Positions 19,901 to 29,792 of a stretch of DNA of 64,000 nucleotides are shown in pieces. The notes under the pieces are model-generated. The model saw only the letters and a program-made list of their open reading frames with translations, had not been told where the DNA came from and ran no database searches. Every line of letters begins with the position of its first letter. Position 1 is the stretch's first letter. This DNA is from Bdellovibrionales bacterium (lineage in GTDB: Bacteria; Bdellovibrionota; Bdellovibrionia; Bdellovibrionales; UBA1609). The stretch is from assembly GCA_041690295.1 (NCBI GenBank), contig JAWLHR010000006.1, positions 64,001 through 128,000 on the forward strand. The letters run 5' to 3'. The position numbers and the translations under genes were made by a program.

Positions 19901-22531
19901 TCCGGTCCCCACATCAACATTAAGAGTTTTGGTCACCGTTCCGCCGTTGACTATCATTCCTGTGCCCGCGATCAAATCAACGATGCCAGCGTCCGTAGCG
20001 GGTTCCCATTGCGAACCGGTCCACTTCAACACCTGGTCGTTTTGTGCGCCCGATTGCGTGATCGAAGACGGGGGGATTGAGATAGGAATGCTCGCCGCCG
20101 TGGTTAACCGACCTTGAGCATCGACCGTGAAATGCGCGACTTCCGAATTCGAACCATAGGTTCCCGCGATCACGCTGGTGTCGGTGAGGTCCAGCTGAAC
20201 GGAGCCGGAAGGTCCACCACCGGTCAAACCCGTGCCGGCGACGACTTCGGTGATATCTCCGCCCGGTCCCGCATCATCATCGGCGCAGATCCACTTGGAG
20301 CCATCCCACTTCAAAGTCTGATTATTCGTACAGGCCGTGTTGTTCGGTTTATACGTCAGATATTCGCCCGCCGCCGAACTGATTTGTCCGACGGTCAAGC
20401 CGGTCAATTGTGATCCATCCACAGCCGGCAACTTGGCGGTGCCATCCAACCGAACGATCTTGTTCGCTGTCGTGCCGACGTCCACGGAAAGAGTTTTCGC
20501 GTTTCCGGAGCCGGCGATCAACAAGCCCGTGTTGGTGTCAACATCAACCGTGTGACCGGTCTCATCGGTGGCGGGAGTCCATTGGCTTCCGTCGTACTTT
20601 AACACGTAGCCTGAAGTCGGAGCCGTGGAGTCGATCATCACGCCTTGCAAACTGACGGCATCGCTGCCACTGGCACCGGCGTCGATTCCGCACTGCCAGG
20701 CGGAACCATCCCATTTCAAAACCGCGTTGACGCCGCAAGCGGTGCCGCTGGGCGCGTACCGAAAGTATTTTCCAGCACCCGATGCGATATCTTCGACATC
20801 CAAACTTACCGCACCCGTTTTGCCGGCCACCGAAGTGACGGGCGCCGCGGGCAAGGGAGTCGGTTTCCATTCGCTGTCCACCGAATCCCACATCAAAACG
20901 TCGGAGGGATTTGGCGCGTTACCGCTCACGTCTCGTCCCTGAAGTTGTTCGGCATTCACGCTTGAGGTCGGAAGCAGGAAAGCCGGGATTTTTCCAGTGG
21001 CATCCAGTTCCGGCAGATTGCCCGCGCTCGTGCCGACGTCTCGAAAAGCCGCTGTTCCCAACGAGCCGCCCAGTACAGTGGAAAGATCCACGCAGATCCA
21101 ACCTGTCGTGGGGCCTCCCCACTGGAGAATTTCATTCAAAGCGCAGGACTTAAATTTCAACGTCGCACCCGTGGTGCTATCGCTGATCACCAAGCGGCCG
21201 GCGCCGATACCCGCTTGGTCGACGGTGCGGGCGCTGATCGCATCGTCGGCGATTTTCGGCTCGGTGACCGATTCATCCAAAATTTTTGAACTGGTTACGG
21301 CGTCAGGCGCGATATTGATCGCCTTCACGGCATTGGACGCAATCGTGGGATTGGGATAGGTGCCGGTCAAATCGCCGCCGGCGGAACCACTGGGTTCAAA
21401 ACCGACGTAGGCCGAACCATTCCACAAACGAACCGTATTCAAATCCGTGTTATAAAAAATTGAACCGGCGTGGGTCATGCCCAATCCGCCCTCTTGCGCG
21501 GTTGTGAAACGACCCAAGGTCAAAACCCGTTGATTGTCCATGGTGATATGACCGGTGGTTTCGATGTTGTTCCCGTTCATAACGATGGCGCCGGCCATTG
21601 TTCCGCCGGCCAATGGCAGTTTGGTGTTATCGACGGCTGATGGAGTGCCGGTGGTCCACTTGTTATTGGCCGCATCCCAGATGATTGTGTGTCCGTCGTT
21701 GGTGCCCGCACCGACGCCTGAAAGGTCAGCGGTTTTATCGCCGATGTGAGAATCCACCCATCCGCGGTTCACGGCGTCGGTGGCCGATGTCGGCGATCCC
21801 ACATTGGAGATCACCTGACCGTTGAACGAATAAGATGAGCTGAAACTATTAGTGAGCAGCTGTTGTAGTTTGGCGTAATTCGTGGCGGAGAAAATATTTT
21901 CCAGATTGCTCTGGCTGAGATCGGTGGCGGCATCGTCTTTGACCTGAAGGAACTGGCTCGGCAGTTTGCCTTGCAAGGTTTCAGCGACCAATGAACTCGG
22001 AACGGAAGTGATCAACGTGTTGGGAGAAAGGGGTGTCGTGAAGGATCCGGCGGAGTCGAGTTTCACCCAAATCCGGACTTCGCGATTGCTGCCGGCCGCG
22101 GGCGCGGCGGAACAATCTCCGGCGGTGTCGGCCACGCCATCCCCGTTACTGTCACCTGTGGGCGCGCCTTCGAAAGCCGTCATCAGGTTTCCGAACTCCG
22201 TGGTACCGCCGCCGAGCTTTAACGAAAAACGTCCTTGCAGGTCAGGATCGGTGGAACGCAAGTCGATGGCGTCATGAAATTCACGATAGAAAACGCAAGT
22301 CTTACCCTGTTCCACGATTTCAAGGCGGATGTCGACGATGTCATCGTAAGGAACCGGGGGTGTTGTGCTGTTATCGTAAAGGCGACCCTCAATGGTGAAA
22401 TTCTTCGGCAGCAATTGGGCATGGGCCGTGAGGCTCAATGTGAACAAAAGAGAGACGCATGTAACGTGTCCAAGAGCACGCACGTACCGAACAACAGCAG
22501 CCTGAGTTAAACACAACAATCTACGTCCCAC
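16952..22531 (-). CDS. Large trimeric fibre/adhesin (Bdellovibrio MAT-like, tail-fibre-like)
   Basis: 1859 aa, signal peptide, FTIEGRL N-domain, ITSVPSSLVAETL, repeated LKWDGSxWxC, GIGT and NTAIG (YadA-head-like) motifs. Confidence 0.8.
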   Translation of the reverse strand: MGRRLLCLTQAAVVRYVRALGHVTCVSLLFTLSLTAHAQLLPKNFTIEGRLYDNSTTPPVPYDDIVDIRLEIVEQGKTCVFYREFHDAIDLRSTDPDLQGRFSLKLGGGTTEFGNLMTAFEGAPTGDSNGDGVADTAGDCSAAPAAGSNREVRIWVKLDSAGSFTTPLSPNTLITSVPSSLVAETLQGKLPSQFLQVKDDAATDLSQSNLENIFSATNYAKLQQLLTNSFSSSYSFNGQVISNVGSPTSATDAVNRGWVDSHIGDKTADLSGVGAGTNDGHTIIWDAANNKWTTGTPSAVDNTKLPLAGGTMAGAIVMNGNNIETTGHITMDNQRVLTLGRFTTAQEGGLGMTHAGSIFYNTDLNTVRLWNGSAYVGFEPSGSAGGDLTGTYPNPTIASNAVKAINIAPDAVTSSKILDESVTEPKIADDAISARTVDQAGIGAGRLVISDSTTGATLKFKSCALNEILQWGGPTTGWICVDLSTVLGGSLGTAAFRDVGTSAGNLPELDATGKIPAFLLPTSSVNAEQLQGRDVSGNAPNPSDVLMWDSVDSEWKPTPLPAAPVTSVAGKTGAVSLDVEDIASGAGKYFRYAPSGTACGVNAVLKWDGSAWQCGIDAGASGSDAVSLQGVMIDSTAPTSGYVLKYDGSQWTPATDETGHTVDVDTNTGLLIAGSGNAKTLSVDVGTTANKIVRLDGTAKLPAVDGSQLTGLTVGQISSAAGEYLTYKPNNTACTNNQTLKWDGSKWICADDDAGPGGDITEVVAGTGLTGGGPSGSVQLDLTDTSVIAGTYGSNSEVAHFTVDAQGRLTTAASIPISIPPSSITQSGAQNDQVLKWTGSQWEPATDAGIVDLIAGTGMIVNGGTVTKTLNVDVGTGANQIPQLDSTGRLGLGTNTVTNGAILDLWGETQSTSSLIVPRASTANRPTSPVDGMIRYNISLAKFEVFENGTWTNMVGSTGATSVDELIDARSPGSGSIYIGTNSGTSGTGSSNTALGISALMNSITGSGNTAIGFSALNSNTNSANNTAIGANVLVNSTGGNNTAIGSSALHWHTSGNSNVAIGTNAGAGSMSSIQNQNVIIGAQAGQSVQSADQNIFIGYRAGSNLENGAGNIIIGTDITTPTISSDSYLNIGDAIVGDLSAGGHVRFKAPDTAPADADFTPGQYSIWLDETNDEFELKAMKSDGTIFSRTLAGSTADNLGDHTATENIKLNGNWLSNDGGNEGLRIDNSGLVGIGTSAPARLLHVNGVARISPTALPGTAGAGDLMFDSGDGNKLKYHDGTSWQTVGTSHGTVTVVDMTVPSFLSVSGGPVTTAGSFDITLKNQGANLVFAGPPSGSSGTPDFRALAEDDIPDLDAAKIASGTLGVNRGGTGRNSFSNNAILVTDGSGALTAGVTCSNAGYAMKWDGSQWICAADNQGSTSVGTAGEVQFSDGFGNLNSNIDFFWDNSLSHLGIGTTAPNFPLHVAGPIHTDGQFLASSGSSSAPVYSNAGDTNTGLFFPASDQIAVAAGGAETLRVANGKVGINVTTIGDAALHVHRPINNAPVLIAQGGSSKSIFRQTTGSAKSEWITRSDETMELDAGGDGDSEVVVTSGGRIGIGGPPLSAALTVHGTGTNSLMIIPADSTANRPSAEMAALRYNKQEHLFEVGVDSQWHNMVTISQNGVISGRTQNEEMIISADPENNYGGGAEIKLTGSTAADPKYFSVSTDGIERMSINEDGRINVTGLAGFSEPISAPNVNGVTIVTSSGITFNGGNPLNHNKNALLILNAMSGSITVECIQPGSRGQSLKILRSMAASTTLINGSPCSPNSPIHTAFVGGGGSIASDASNGFHVELVYLNGNDAYSGSPAGWYIISFDP

Positions 22532-22651
22532 TGCACATATTTATCGGAAATGAGTCACTTCGACTGAAGTCCATGTCGTCTTTTGATGCATTTTCTCTTT
22601 TTGATACAGGACTTACAGTTATGGTCCGAACTGGCCGAAGATACAGGTGTA

Positions 22652-23278
22652 ATGAAATCCTTCCGCGTTTTTCTCATTTTAGGAATACTGTTGTCGGGTG
22701 TGGCCTGTACCAAAGCCACACCGGAATTCGATTTGTTGGATGAGAACGCGATCCCTCAACCGAAATTTTCCGGCTCCACGGTGAAGTCTATTACGACTTC
22801 CAGTTCAGGGGTTACCTTTTTAATCTCGGGTGAATGTGATCCGAAAATCCGATCCATTTCAGCCATGGCCGTGGGCCAAAGCTCATCGTTCAGTGATCTT
22901 GGATCTCTGATTTCGGGCACAGCCGCGGTCGAATGCTCTTCCAAAGGGACCTTCAGCTTCCAACTGAAAAGTCTCAGCGATATCTTCGCCAATGTGAAGA
23001 TGGGTGAGACTTATGAAATTCAGTTGCGCGGAGTCACCAGCGCGGGTTCCAGTAAGCCCAGCTACATTCGAATCAGTTATCAGAGCCCGACAGGCAACCC
23101 ATACGTTACCATTGCCGCGGGCGGTATTCATGGCGGTGCGGAAGTCGCCAACAAAGCCTCTGGCGCGGGATTTAAGGCGGACATTTTTGTCCGCCACATG
23201 GGTAAGACGTTTCCCGGAGCCGCGCAAAATCCGTCGAACGCGGAATTCTCCGCGCGCATCGGCGTGACCTCCCGTTAA
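22652..23278 (+). CDS. Hypothetical lipoprotein
   Basis: Lipobox GVAC; divergent from the fibre gene. Confidence 0.7.
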   Translation: MKSFRVFLILGILLSGVACTKATPEFDLLDENAIPQPKFSGSTVKSITTSSSGVTFLISGECDPKIRSISAMAVGQSSSFSDLGSLISGTAAVECSSKGTFSFQLKSLSDIFANVKMGETYEIQLRGVTSAGSSKPSYIRISYQSPTGNPYVTIAAGGIHGGAEVANKASGAGFKADIFVRHMGKTFPGAAQNPSNAEFSARIGVTSR

Positions 23279-26010
23279 AAGCTGGTTTGAAGAGTGAGCC
23301 GAACCAGGCTTTCTTTTTCTTTTTTGGGATCGCGTGTGTTGTACGCGTTCAGGTATCTGATCACCGCTGGCATCTTGTGAAAAAGAAGAAGTTGCAGATC
23401 GGCGCCATAACCCCACTCGAAAATGTTGGGCGGATGGCGATCACTCTCATCGAGGAAAGTGGCCTGCGCGACGATGACGGGAGCGATGCGATCAATGCCG
23501 ACCGGAAAACGCGCGGAGTAAGCGTGAGCGGGCACCACCTTATGCGCCTCCAAGCGTACGGCGCTCGCGGTTTTAACCAAATACTCCCGATGCCCCGTGA
23601 GAAGGGGAACGGTGATGTCGCGAGCGCTGGGCGTGACCAAGGCTTCGAGATGAATGTCCCTTGTTTCGGCCCAGGCCACCTGACCCGTTGTCGTCAGATA
23701 AAATTCCCTGGGGAATCCATGCTGGTAAAAAAGTTGAGCGCTTGAGGTGTTATGCTTCTTGGTCCACTCGTTGATTTTCGATTGTAAGCGATTGGTGAAA
23801 CCAAAGCTGAATTTTCGCCAGGCAAAAAGCCCAAGGGGCGGATTGATCTGGTGTTGAATGAAAAACTGCGTTCGCGCGCCGTAAGTTTCTTCGGTGTTCC
23901 AGGTGGTTTGCGAGGGGGCCGAGGGGTCATCGTGGGTGTCTCGTTTTTCATAAATCGCGGCCACCCCAAGACCCGCGTCCCAAGTTCGCCATCGGAGCAG
24001 CGGCACGGTGAAGCCAAAGGCGGCCGATTGATCGTAGGCCCTTCGTTCAACGTGGTTTCTCTGGCGCCAGAAATCCTCGTGATACAAATAGGACGCCTGC
24101 CACTTCACGAGATACTTCGTGAATTCGTAATAGACGCTGGCCGATTGATCGCGGAACTGAGTTCCGCCATACCCGAGACTGATTCGTTGATATTCCAGCG
24201 GATCATAAAAGTGCGACAACAAAGACACGGCCATGCCCGAATACGACGAATATCCGGTTGAAAAGTCCATGGCGCTGAATCGAAGTTCACGAAAGGAGTT
24301 GTATTCGCGGTCCTCGTTTTCGACTTGCTCCTGCGGCACGGTTTCTTCCGGCGCGATCGTTTCCGTCGTAAAACCGTAATTGTAGACCGCGGGTCGGGCG
24401 GACAGCACTTCCGACTCGGCCACGAAGACGCGATTCGTGGCCGCGCCCACTTCGACAATCAAAAATTCACGTTCGTTGATTTGCCGGGCATTCATCACCC
24501 GATCCGACGGCAGAACCCGGAAAATCTCATAATTGTTGTAGCGATAGAGGGAAGCTCCAGCTTCGGTGTTGGCGACAAAATAAATGGTCCCGTCGGGCGT
24601 GACCTCCATGGGCTTGGCGTAATAGCCTTCGAATTTGAACACCGGTTCACGATTCTTGTACAGCACACGCTCCGTACCGTTCTGGCGAAAGTAATAAACA
24701 TTTCCGTGATCATCGAGGATCACCGAGGAGTGGGCGACGTCATACGGTTCACCATCGAGAAGAACCCGGGTTTCCAGCCAGGAGTTGGTGGCGGCAAGCG
24801 CCGTGGTCTTGCCGGCTCGCCGGTCGGTGAGAATCTGACCCCGAAACCGGGGGTCGAAACGAAAATTCTCACCGTATAATGAATATTCTATGTTTCGTAG
24901 ATTGTGCTTTACCGAGGCCACCGCAAGCGGAACATCACCCTCAAAGAAAACCTTGCCCATGGGCAAATTGGTCTGTGTTTCCGAAAGGTGGCCGCTTTGC
25001 TTGTCGTAAACATAAAGGATGGGCGGCTCCACACCATCGCTCGCCAAAAACCAAATGCGGTTTTGGTCATGATTCAGTGGCGAGACCATCTTGGCCGTCA
25101 GCAATAATCGTCCTTCGGTGCTCTTTTGCGTCTGGGCCAGCGGTTCCCACGAGCGCACGTATTCGCGAATTTCCTGCGGGTAACTTTCACCAAAATGATC
25201 GCGGAATGTGCGGTTCAAAATCAAAGGCCAGAGGTAATGTTCGCCTTGTTTAACGAAAAAACCATTGGTCTTTTCGATCCCATATTTCTCCGCCAGATGG
25301 GCTTGAAAATAGCCGCCCTGCAGGTACGCCACGGATCCATAGGGAAAGCGGAATTGATCGTTGATCAATCGCGCGGGATCGATTTGGTTTTCTTTGATTT
25401 GCGCCAAAACGAGGGCGCGCGCTCCACCGCTGTGTAAACGACCGCCCAGGTTGATGCGGGACTCATTCAAAACCGCGTTTCCTTCGATCAAAAACGACGG
25501 GGTGAAAACATTCGGATGAATAAAAATGGGCCATATAAAGAAAACGGCCATGGGCGTGTTGCCGAACACCCGGCTCAATGCGGTCGGAAACGGAGATTTG
25601 GCATTGATCTGATAAAGGTGCGCGGTCTCATGCGCGTCCAAAGTGAGTAGCCAGCTCGAAGACGCCGACTCTTCCAAAAACGGAGCGCCCGCGGGAAACC
25701 ACACGGATTTCAAATTGGGTAATATCGTGGCGTAAGCATTGGTGATTTGATGGCGGCTGGACGCGAGGATCAAGTCTTGGCGTTCATCGAGCTTCCATCC
25801 ATAGCTCCGATCGTACATGCGCCGGAAAACACGATGATACGTGGCCAGCTGAGCAACCGCCTCGCGGCCTTCCTTATCGAAGATGTACATCGTATGACCG
25901 TGGTGCCAACGGTAGTAGGGACCATCATTCGGCAGCAAAACGCTACCTATCGCGATGGTTGAATGAAGGAGACCGAAAACAATGAGAATACGTGTGCACA
26001 CACGCGCCAT
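23275..26010 (-). CDS. Outer-membrane protein with N-terminal HExxH zincin-like domain, beta-rich middle and C-terminal barrel
   Basis: HETAH plus EGNA, signal peptide from MARVCTR, C-terminal Phe. Confidence 0.65.
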   Translation of the reverse strand: MARVCTRILIVFGLLHSTIAIGSVLLPNDGPYYRWHHGHTMYIFDKEGREAVAQLATYHRVFRRMYDRSYGWKLDERQDLILASSRHQITNAYATILPNLKSVWFPAGAPFLEESASSSWLLTLDAHETAHLYQINAKSPFPTALSRVFGNTPMAVFFIWPIFIHPNVFTPSFLIEGNAVLNESRINLGGRLHSGGARALVLAQIKENQIDPARLINDQFRFPYGSVAYLQGGYFQAHLAEKYGIEKTNGFFVKQGEHYLWPLILNRTFRDHFGESYPQEIREYVRSWEPLAQTQKSTEGRLLLTAKMVSPLNHDQNRIWFLASDGVEPPILYVYDKQSGHLSETQTNLPMGKVFFEGDVPLAVASVKHNLRNIEYSLYGENFRFDPRFRGQILTDRRAGKTTALAATNSWLETRVLLDGEPYDVAHSSVILDDHGNVYYFRQNGTERVLYKNREPVFKFEGYYAKPMEVTPDGTIYFVANTEAGASLYRYNNYEIFRVLPSDRVMNARQINEREFLIVEVGAATNRVFVAESEVLSARPAVYNYGFTTETIAPEETVPQEQVENEDREYNSFRELRFSAMDFSTGYSSYSGMAVSLLSHFYDPLEYQRISLGYGGTQFRDQSASVYYEFTKYLVKWQASYLYHEDFWRQRNHVERRAYDQSAAFGFTVPLLRWRTWDAGLGVAAIYEKRDTHDDPSAPSQTTWNTEETYGARTQFFIQHQINPPLGLFAWRKFSFGFTNRLQSKINEWTKKHNTSSAQLFYQHGFPREFYLTTTGQVAWAETRDIHLEALVTPSARDITVPLLTGHREYLVKTASAVRLEAHKVVPAHAYSARFPVGIDRIAPVIVAQATFLDESDRHPPNIFEWGYGADLQLLLFHKMPAVIRYLNAYNTRDPKKEKESLVRLTLQTSF

Positions 26011-26333
26011 TCGGACATTTGTGATGGATGGCCTTTCGCTTGTCCATTGATGATTGTCAGAGCCCGAGTGAGCGCTTACTTTAAGGGCAAATTGCGGGGC
26101 CATTCCCCTGTGAGCGAACCGCGCGCGTGGCTCGCCGGTGAGAGTTTTTCAAGAACGTATGGAATAATTTACTCTATAATGCAATGTGTCTCGTTCTGTG
26201 GTATGGGGAATGGAAAATCACATTGATTGGCCGTGCATTGAAGAATTGCGCCGTTTGAAGTATATACATGAGATATATTCATCCATCAGCGTCGCAGCTC
26301 GCGCGGCAAGCTCGCAACAGGTACGGAGGTTTC

Positions 26334-26777
26334 ATGCTTAACAATCTCGATCTCATTCGGAAACCGGCTCAAGAGGTCAAACCCGTTATGCAAAACGCTG
26401 AGGTGGACGACGATCTTGCAACGCTCGATTCGATCGATAACATCCTGGATTTGGAAGAGGATCAGTATCCGCGCTTCACCCTGGCCAAGAACAAGGCCCG
26501 TTTCTTACGCATGTTGAGCTGGTACAAAAACAAGGAAGAATGGTTGGACGTGGCGCCTTTGAGCGGCGTTAACAAACTCTTCAAGCAGCAAACGAAAGAG
26601 TTGGAAGGTATCCGCTCCAGCAAATTGGATTACGAAATGGAACTTGAAACCGGCACGCTCACTCCGTCCCAGCGCTCCTATCGCCGGGATGAGCTGAAAA
26701 TGTGCAAGGTTCAGGAAAAAATGGCGGTTCACCTGATCGCTAAAATGCAGGTGAAGATCAAATCCGGCCGCCGCTAA
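26334..26777 (+). CDS. Hypothetical protein
   Basis: GGAGG RBS before MLNNLD; downstream hairpin. Confidence 0.7.
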   Translation: MLNNLDLIRKPAQEVKPVMQNAEVDDDLATLDSIDNILDLEEDQYPRFTLAKNKARFLRMLSWYKNKEEWLDVAPLSGVNKLFKQQTKELEGIRSSKLDYEMELETGTLTPSQRSYRRDELKMCKVQEKMAVHLIAKMQVKIKSGRR

Positions 26778-26796
26778 GCCTGAGGCGGCCGGATTT
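26760..26796 (+). terminator. Terminator-like hairpin overlapping the stop codon
   Basis: aaatccggccgcc / ggcggccggattt. Confidence 0.55.
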
Positions 26797-26971
26797 CCGA
26801 GTCTCATTATAAAACACTAGTAAATCCGATAAGTTAAGGACCATGAGCCAAACTGGGCAAAATTTTCCTAATTTTCTCAGTTTAAGTCGCCGATATGTCA
26901 CTAGTGAGGCAGTTGGCTGGCCAAGCGAGAGACGGTCAACGCCTTAAATAGAACCAAATCGGAGGTTTTCA

Positions 26972-27403
26972 ATGGCACGTACTATGGTGGTCCTGGTCGG
27001 AGACGATCGCGATCAATGCGAGAAGCTCAAGACCATGAGCCAGGGAATGGGATGCAATGTCCATGTGTTCGCTCCGTCGGAGTGGGCGAAGGCACTGCAT
27101 GATCCATCGACTCGGCAAAGATTGATGGGCGAGGTTCCGGCTTTGAGTGCGGGAATGAACCCGTTGGCGGAAGGCGCGAAGATTCTACAGTTTCCGCAGC
27201 CGTCCATGGGGGGCGATGAAGGAAGCAAGGTTCGCACTATAAATGAACTTGAAAGTATGGCCATTGAGAATGCGATTCATGAGTTCGGCGGCAATTTGAC
27301 CGAAGCGGCTAAAGCTTTGGGAATCGGTCGCGCCACTCTTTATCGCAAAGTGAAGCAATATAATATTGACCCGTCGAGCGCGCGTAAAAAACGTGCCGCT
27401 TAA
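26972..27403 (+). CDS. Fis-family (HTH_8) DNA-binding protein without an AAA+ domain
   Basis: GNLTEAAKALGIGRATLYRKVK; GGAGG RBS. Confidence 0.85.
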   Translation: MARTMVVLVGDDRDQCEKLKTMSQGMGCNVHVFAPSEWAKALHDPSTRQRLMGEVPALSAGMNPLAEGAKILQFPQPSMGGDEGSKVRTINELESMAIENAIHEFGGNLTEAAKALGIGRATLYRKVKQYNIDPSSARKKRAA

Positions 27404-27449
27404 TACGAGAACACTTCCACAAGGATGGACGGCGGCCTAATATAGACGA

Positions 27450-28661
27450 ATGGGCCGCCTGTCTACGTTAATCTTGTTTATTGCCAGCGTCGCCGCTGGC
27501 ATTTTTATTAATCAATCCGGGCGAAACAGCGAAATCTTCCATGCCATCTGCGCGCTCACCGAGCGCAACTTCTATAAAGACAGCGACGAACTGGAAAATT
27601 GGGCTCGCGAATGCCGTGGTCGCGCGCAAGAGGTTTCGAACTCGTTGACTGTTCCGCAGTTGATCGAGCGCATTCAATCCCACATGAACCGGTTGGGAGT
27701 GTCGCATTTTCAAATCTACAGTCCGGCCGAAGATAAAAAACTCTGGCAGGGCAAAGCCATCGACACGGGAATCCGCGCCCGATACGTGGAAGATTATTTG
27801 ATCGTTTATCGTGTGTTGCCCGAAAGCGGTGGCGAAAAGGCCGGTATCGAGCCGGGCGATGAAATTCTGGCCATCGCCGGCGCGTCTCAAGTCACCCCCT
27901 GGGGCGCGCAAAACCGCTCCGGAGAATTCACCATCAAGCGGGCGAATAAAATTATTCGCACCAATGTGGAAGCCATTGAACTGGAAATCACCGACGGACC
28001 GGAACTCTACACTTTGGATCCTCACACCGCCGTTTTGGAAATTCCGAGCTTTCGTTCCGAATTTTTTGATCCGGACGCGTGGCGGGATTTGACCGCGCGT
28101 TTGAATCGTTTTTCCCATATCATTATTGATTTGCGCGAGAACGCGGGTGGAAATTTCGTGGCCATGCTTCGCGGTTTATCGCCGTTCACCTGCGGCCCCA
28201 AATCCATCGGCCAATTGGTGCAGCCGCGCCGCCAAGGCGAGGACAAGCCGGGGTTCGATGACAACACGGATGACGCCTACCAGATTGAAGAATTGGGCCG
28301 CTATCGCAGCATTGGTCTTGTCACATTCGACGGCTACGGTTGTTACACCGGGCGGGTGACGGTGCTGGTGGGGCCTGACACAACTTCGGTGGCGGAAATC
28401 TTCGCGCACAGCTTTTACTATCGGCCGAAGTCACGCATCTTCGGGCAACCCACCGCCGGCAATGTGGTTTTGGCGGTTTGGTATGATCTTCCCGCATTGG
28501 GCGAAGGTTATAGTATTTCAATTCCCGAGGCGGTTTATCTCACTCCGGAAAATGAGGAGTTGGAAAATCGGGGAGTCGCACCTCAAAAAGAAATTTATTA
28601 CGAGCTTGGTGACGCCCGGGCCGGTCAAGACACATTCCTGAAACGTGCGCGCGAAATGTAG
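27450..28661 (+). CDS. S41 family peptidase with PDZ domain
   Basis: AGIEPGDEIL, IIDLRENAGG, TTSVAEIF, GQPTAG, GVAP. Confidence 0.85.
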   Translation: MGRLSTLILFIASVAAGIFINQSGRNSEIFHAICALTERNFYKDSDELENWARECRGRAQEVSNSLTVPQLIERIQSHMNRLGVSHFQIYSPAEDKKLWQGKAIDTGIRARYVEDYLIVYRVLPESGGEKAGIEPGDEILAIAGASQVTPWGAQNRSGEFTIKRANKIIRTNVEAIELEITDGPELYTLDPHTAVLEIPSFRSEFFDPDAWRDLTARLNRFSHIIIDLRENAGGNFVAMLRGLSPFTCGPKSIGQLVQPRRQGEDKPGFDDNTDDAYQIEELGRYRSIGLVTFDGYGCYTGRVTVLVGPDTTSVAEIFAHSFYYRPKSRIFGQPTAGNVVLAVWYDLPALGEGYSISIPEAVYLTPENEELENRGVAPQKEIYYELGDARAGQDTFLKRAREM

Positions 28662-28712
28662 GCCGTTCCTTTTCAGGATGCCGTGCATCCTGAAAAGGAA
28701 CGGCCTACATTT
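28654..28712. repeat. REP/REPIN-like perfect hairpin (28-bp arms)
   Basis: aaatgtaggccgttccttttcaggatgc-cgt-gcatcctgaaaaggaacggcctacattt between convergent stop codons. Confidence 0.88.
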
Positions 28713-29749
28713 TACCGGCAATTGTGGGCGGCGACGGAATATTTGCTGCCGAGCTCTTTGTTGCCTTTTTGTTTAAGGCGGGAGGCGGCGGTGTGAAATG
28801 TGTCACCGACCGTGGGATCGCCTTTGCAGGCGGCGATGAAGTGATTGAGCGCTTGCGCTTCATTTCCAGATTCATAAAGTGATTGGGCAAGCCCGAAATG
28901 CGAGCGCGCGGAATCCGATTTGGCTTTCACCGCCGCTTTGAAATAACGGCTCGATACGGCGTAATTCTTTTTGCGAAAGAACAAGGTGCCGGCCGCCCAT
29001 TGCACGAATTCGGATTTGGGGAACATCTTCGCCGCTTTGACCGCCAGGCGCTCGGCTTTCACGTCATCTTTTTGATCCTTCTTATCGAGTAAAGACTGGA
29101 TGAGATAAACATAATGATCCGGATAGTTCGGCGAGAGTTCGATGCTTTTCGAGCAGTTCTCAATGGCCTGGACGATGAACCCGTCATTCGAATCGATGCG
29201 GCAGAGTTCGCGGTAAAGTTCGGGGCGCTCACCGAAATGTTTGATTCCCTCAAGAAGCAGTTCGCGGGCTTCATTATGGGTTTTCTGTTGTAAGAAAGTT
29301 TTCAACAAAAGATCGAACGCGGGTTTGTATCTTGGTTGCAGCTTTAAAACTCTTCTCAAGCGTTGAATTCCCGACGTGATCAGGCTTTCGTGTCGTTCAA
29401 GATCGGTGGTTAAGTTGGCCTGCTTCAAGTAAGCGTGGGCGAGAAGCATATGCCACTCATAATTTTCCTCATCACGATTCGCCATCATGGTGAGAACCCG
29501 CACCTCATTGGCGTGATCCTTTAGATTGGAATAAGCGAAGGCCAATGCGCGGATCCCGTCACCCTTCAGCTGATCGGTGTAGGGATTGAGCAGCTCGACC
29601 ACTTCCTTGAACTTATTCTGACTTAATCGGATTTCCGCGAGCCGAAGTCTCGCGTGAACGTTATCCGGATTGCTGGCGATGAGTTTCTCCAGCTGCGCGT
29701 CGGTCTGAGCGAACGCCATGAGAGAGAAAATCAAGTAAACAAAAGCCAT
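28712..29749 (-). CDS. Exported TPR-repeat protein
   Basis: Signal peptide and TPR-like helices (AIENCSKSIELSPNY, SHFGLAQSLY). Confidence 0.8.
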   Translation of the reverse strand: MAFVYLIFSLMAFAQTDAQLEKLIASNPDNVHARLRLAEIRLSQNKFKEVVELLNPYTDQLKGDGIRALAFAYSNLKDHANEVRVLTMMANRDEENYEWHMLLAHAYLKQANLTTDLERHESLITSGIQRLRRVLKLQPRYKPAFDLLLKTFLQQKTHNEARELLLEGIKHFGERPELYRELCRIDSNDGFIVQAIENCSKSIELSPNYPDHYVYLIQSLLDKKDQKDDVKAERLAVKAAKMFPKSEFVQWAAGTLFFRKKNYAVSSRYFKAAVKAKSDSARSHFGLAQSLYESGNEAQALNHFIAACKGDPTVGDTFHTAASRLKQKGNKELGSKYSVAAHNCR

Positions 29750-29792
29750 TAGCTCATCCTATGCTGCAACGCGCTCTATGCGCAAGTCCAGG

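Noticed and set aside
16952..22531. Prophage tail fibre
   Set aside because: It has a signal peptide and there are no capsid, terminase or integrase genes nearby.
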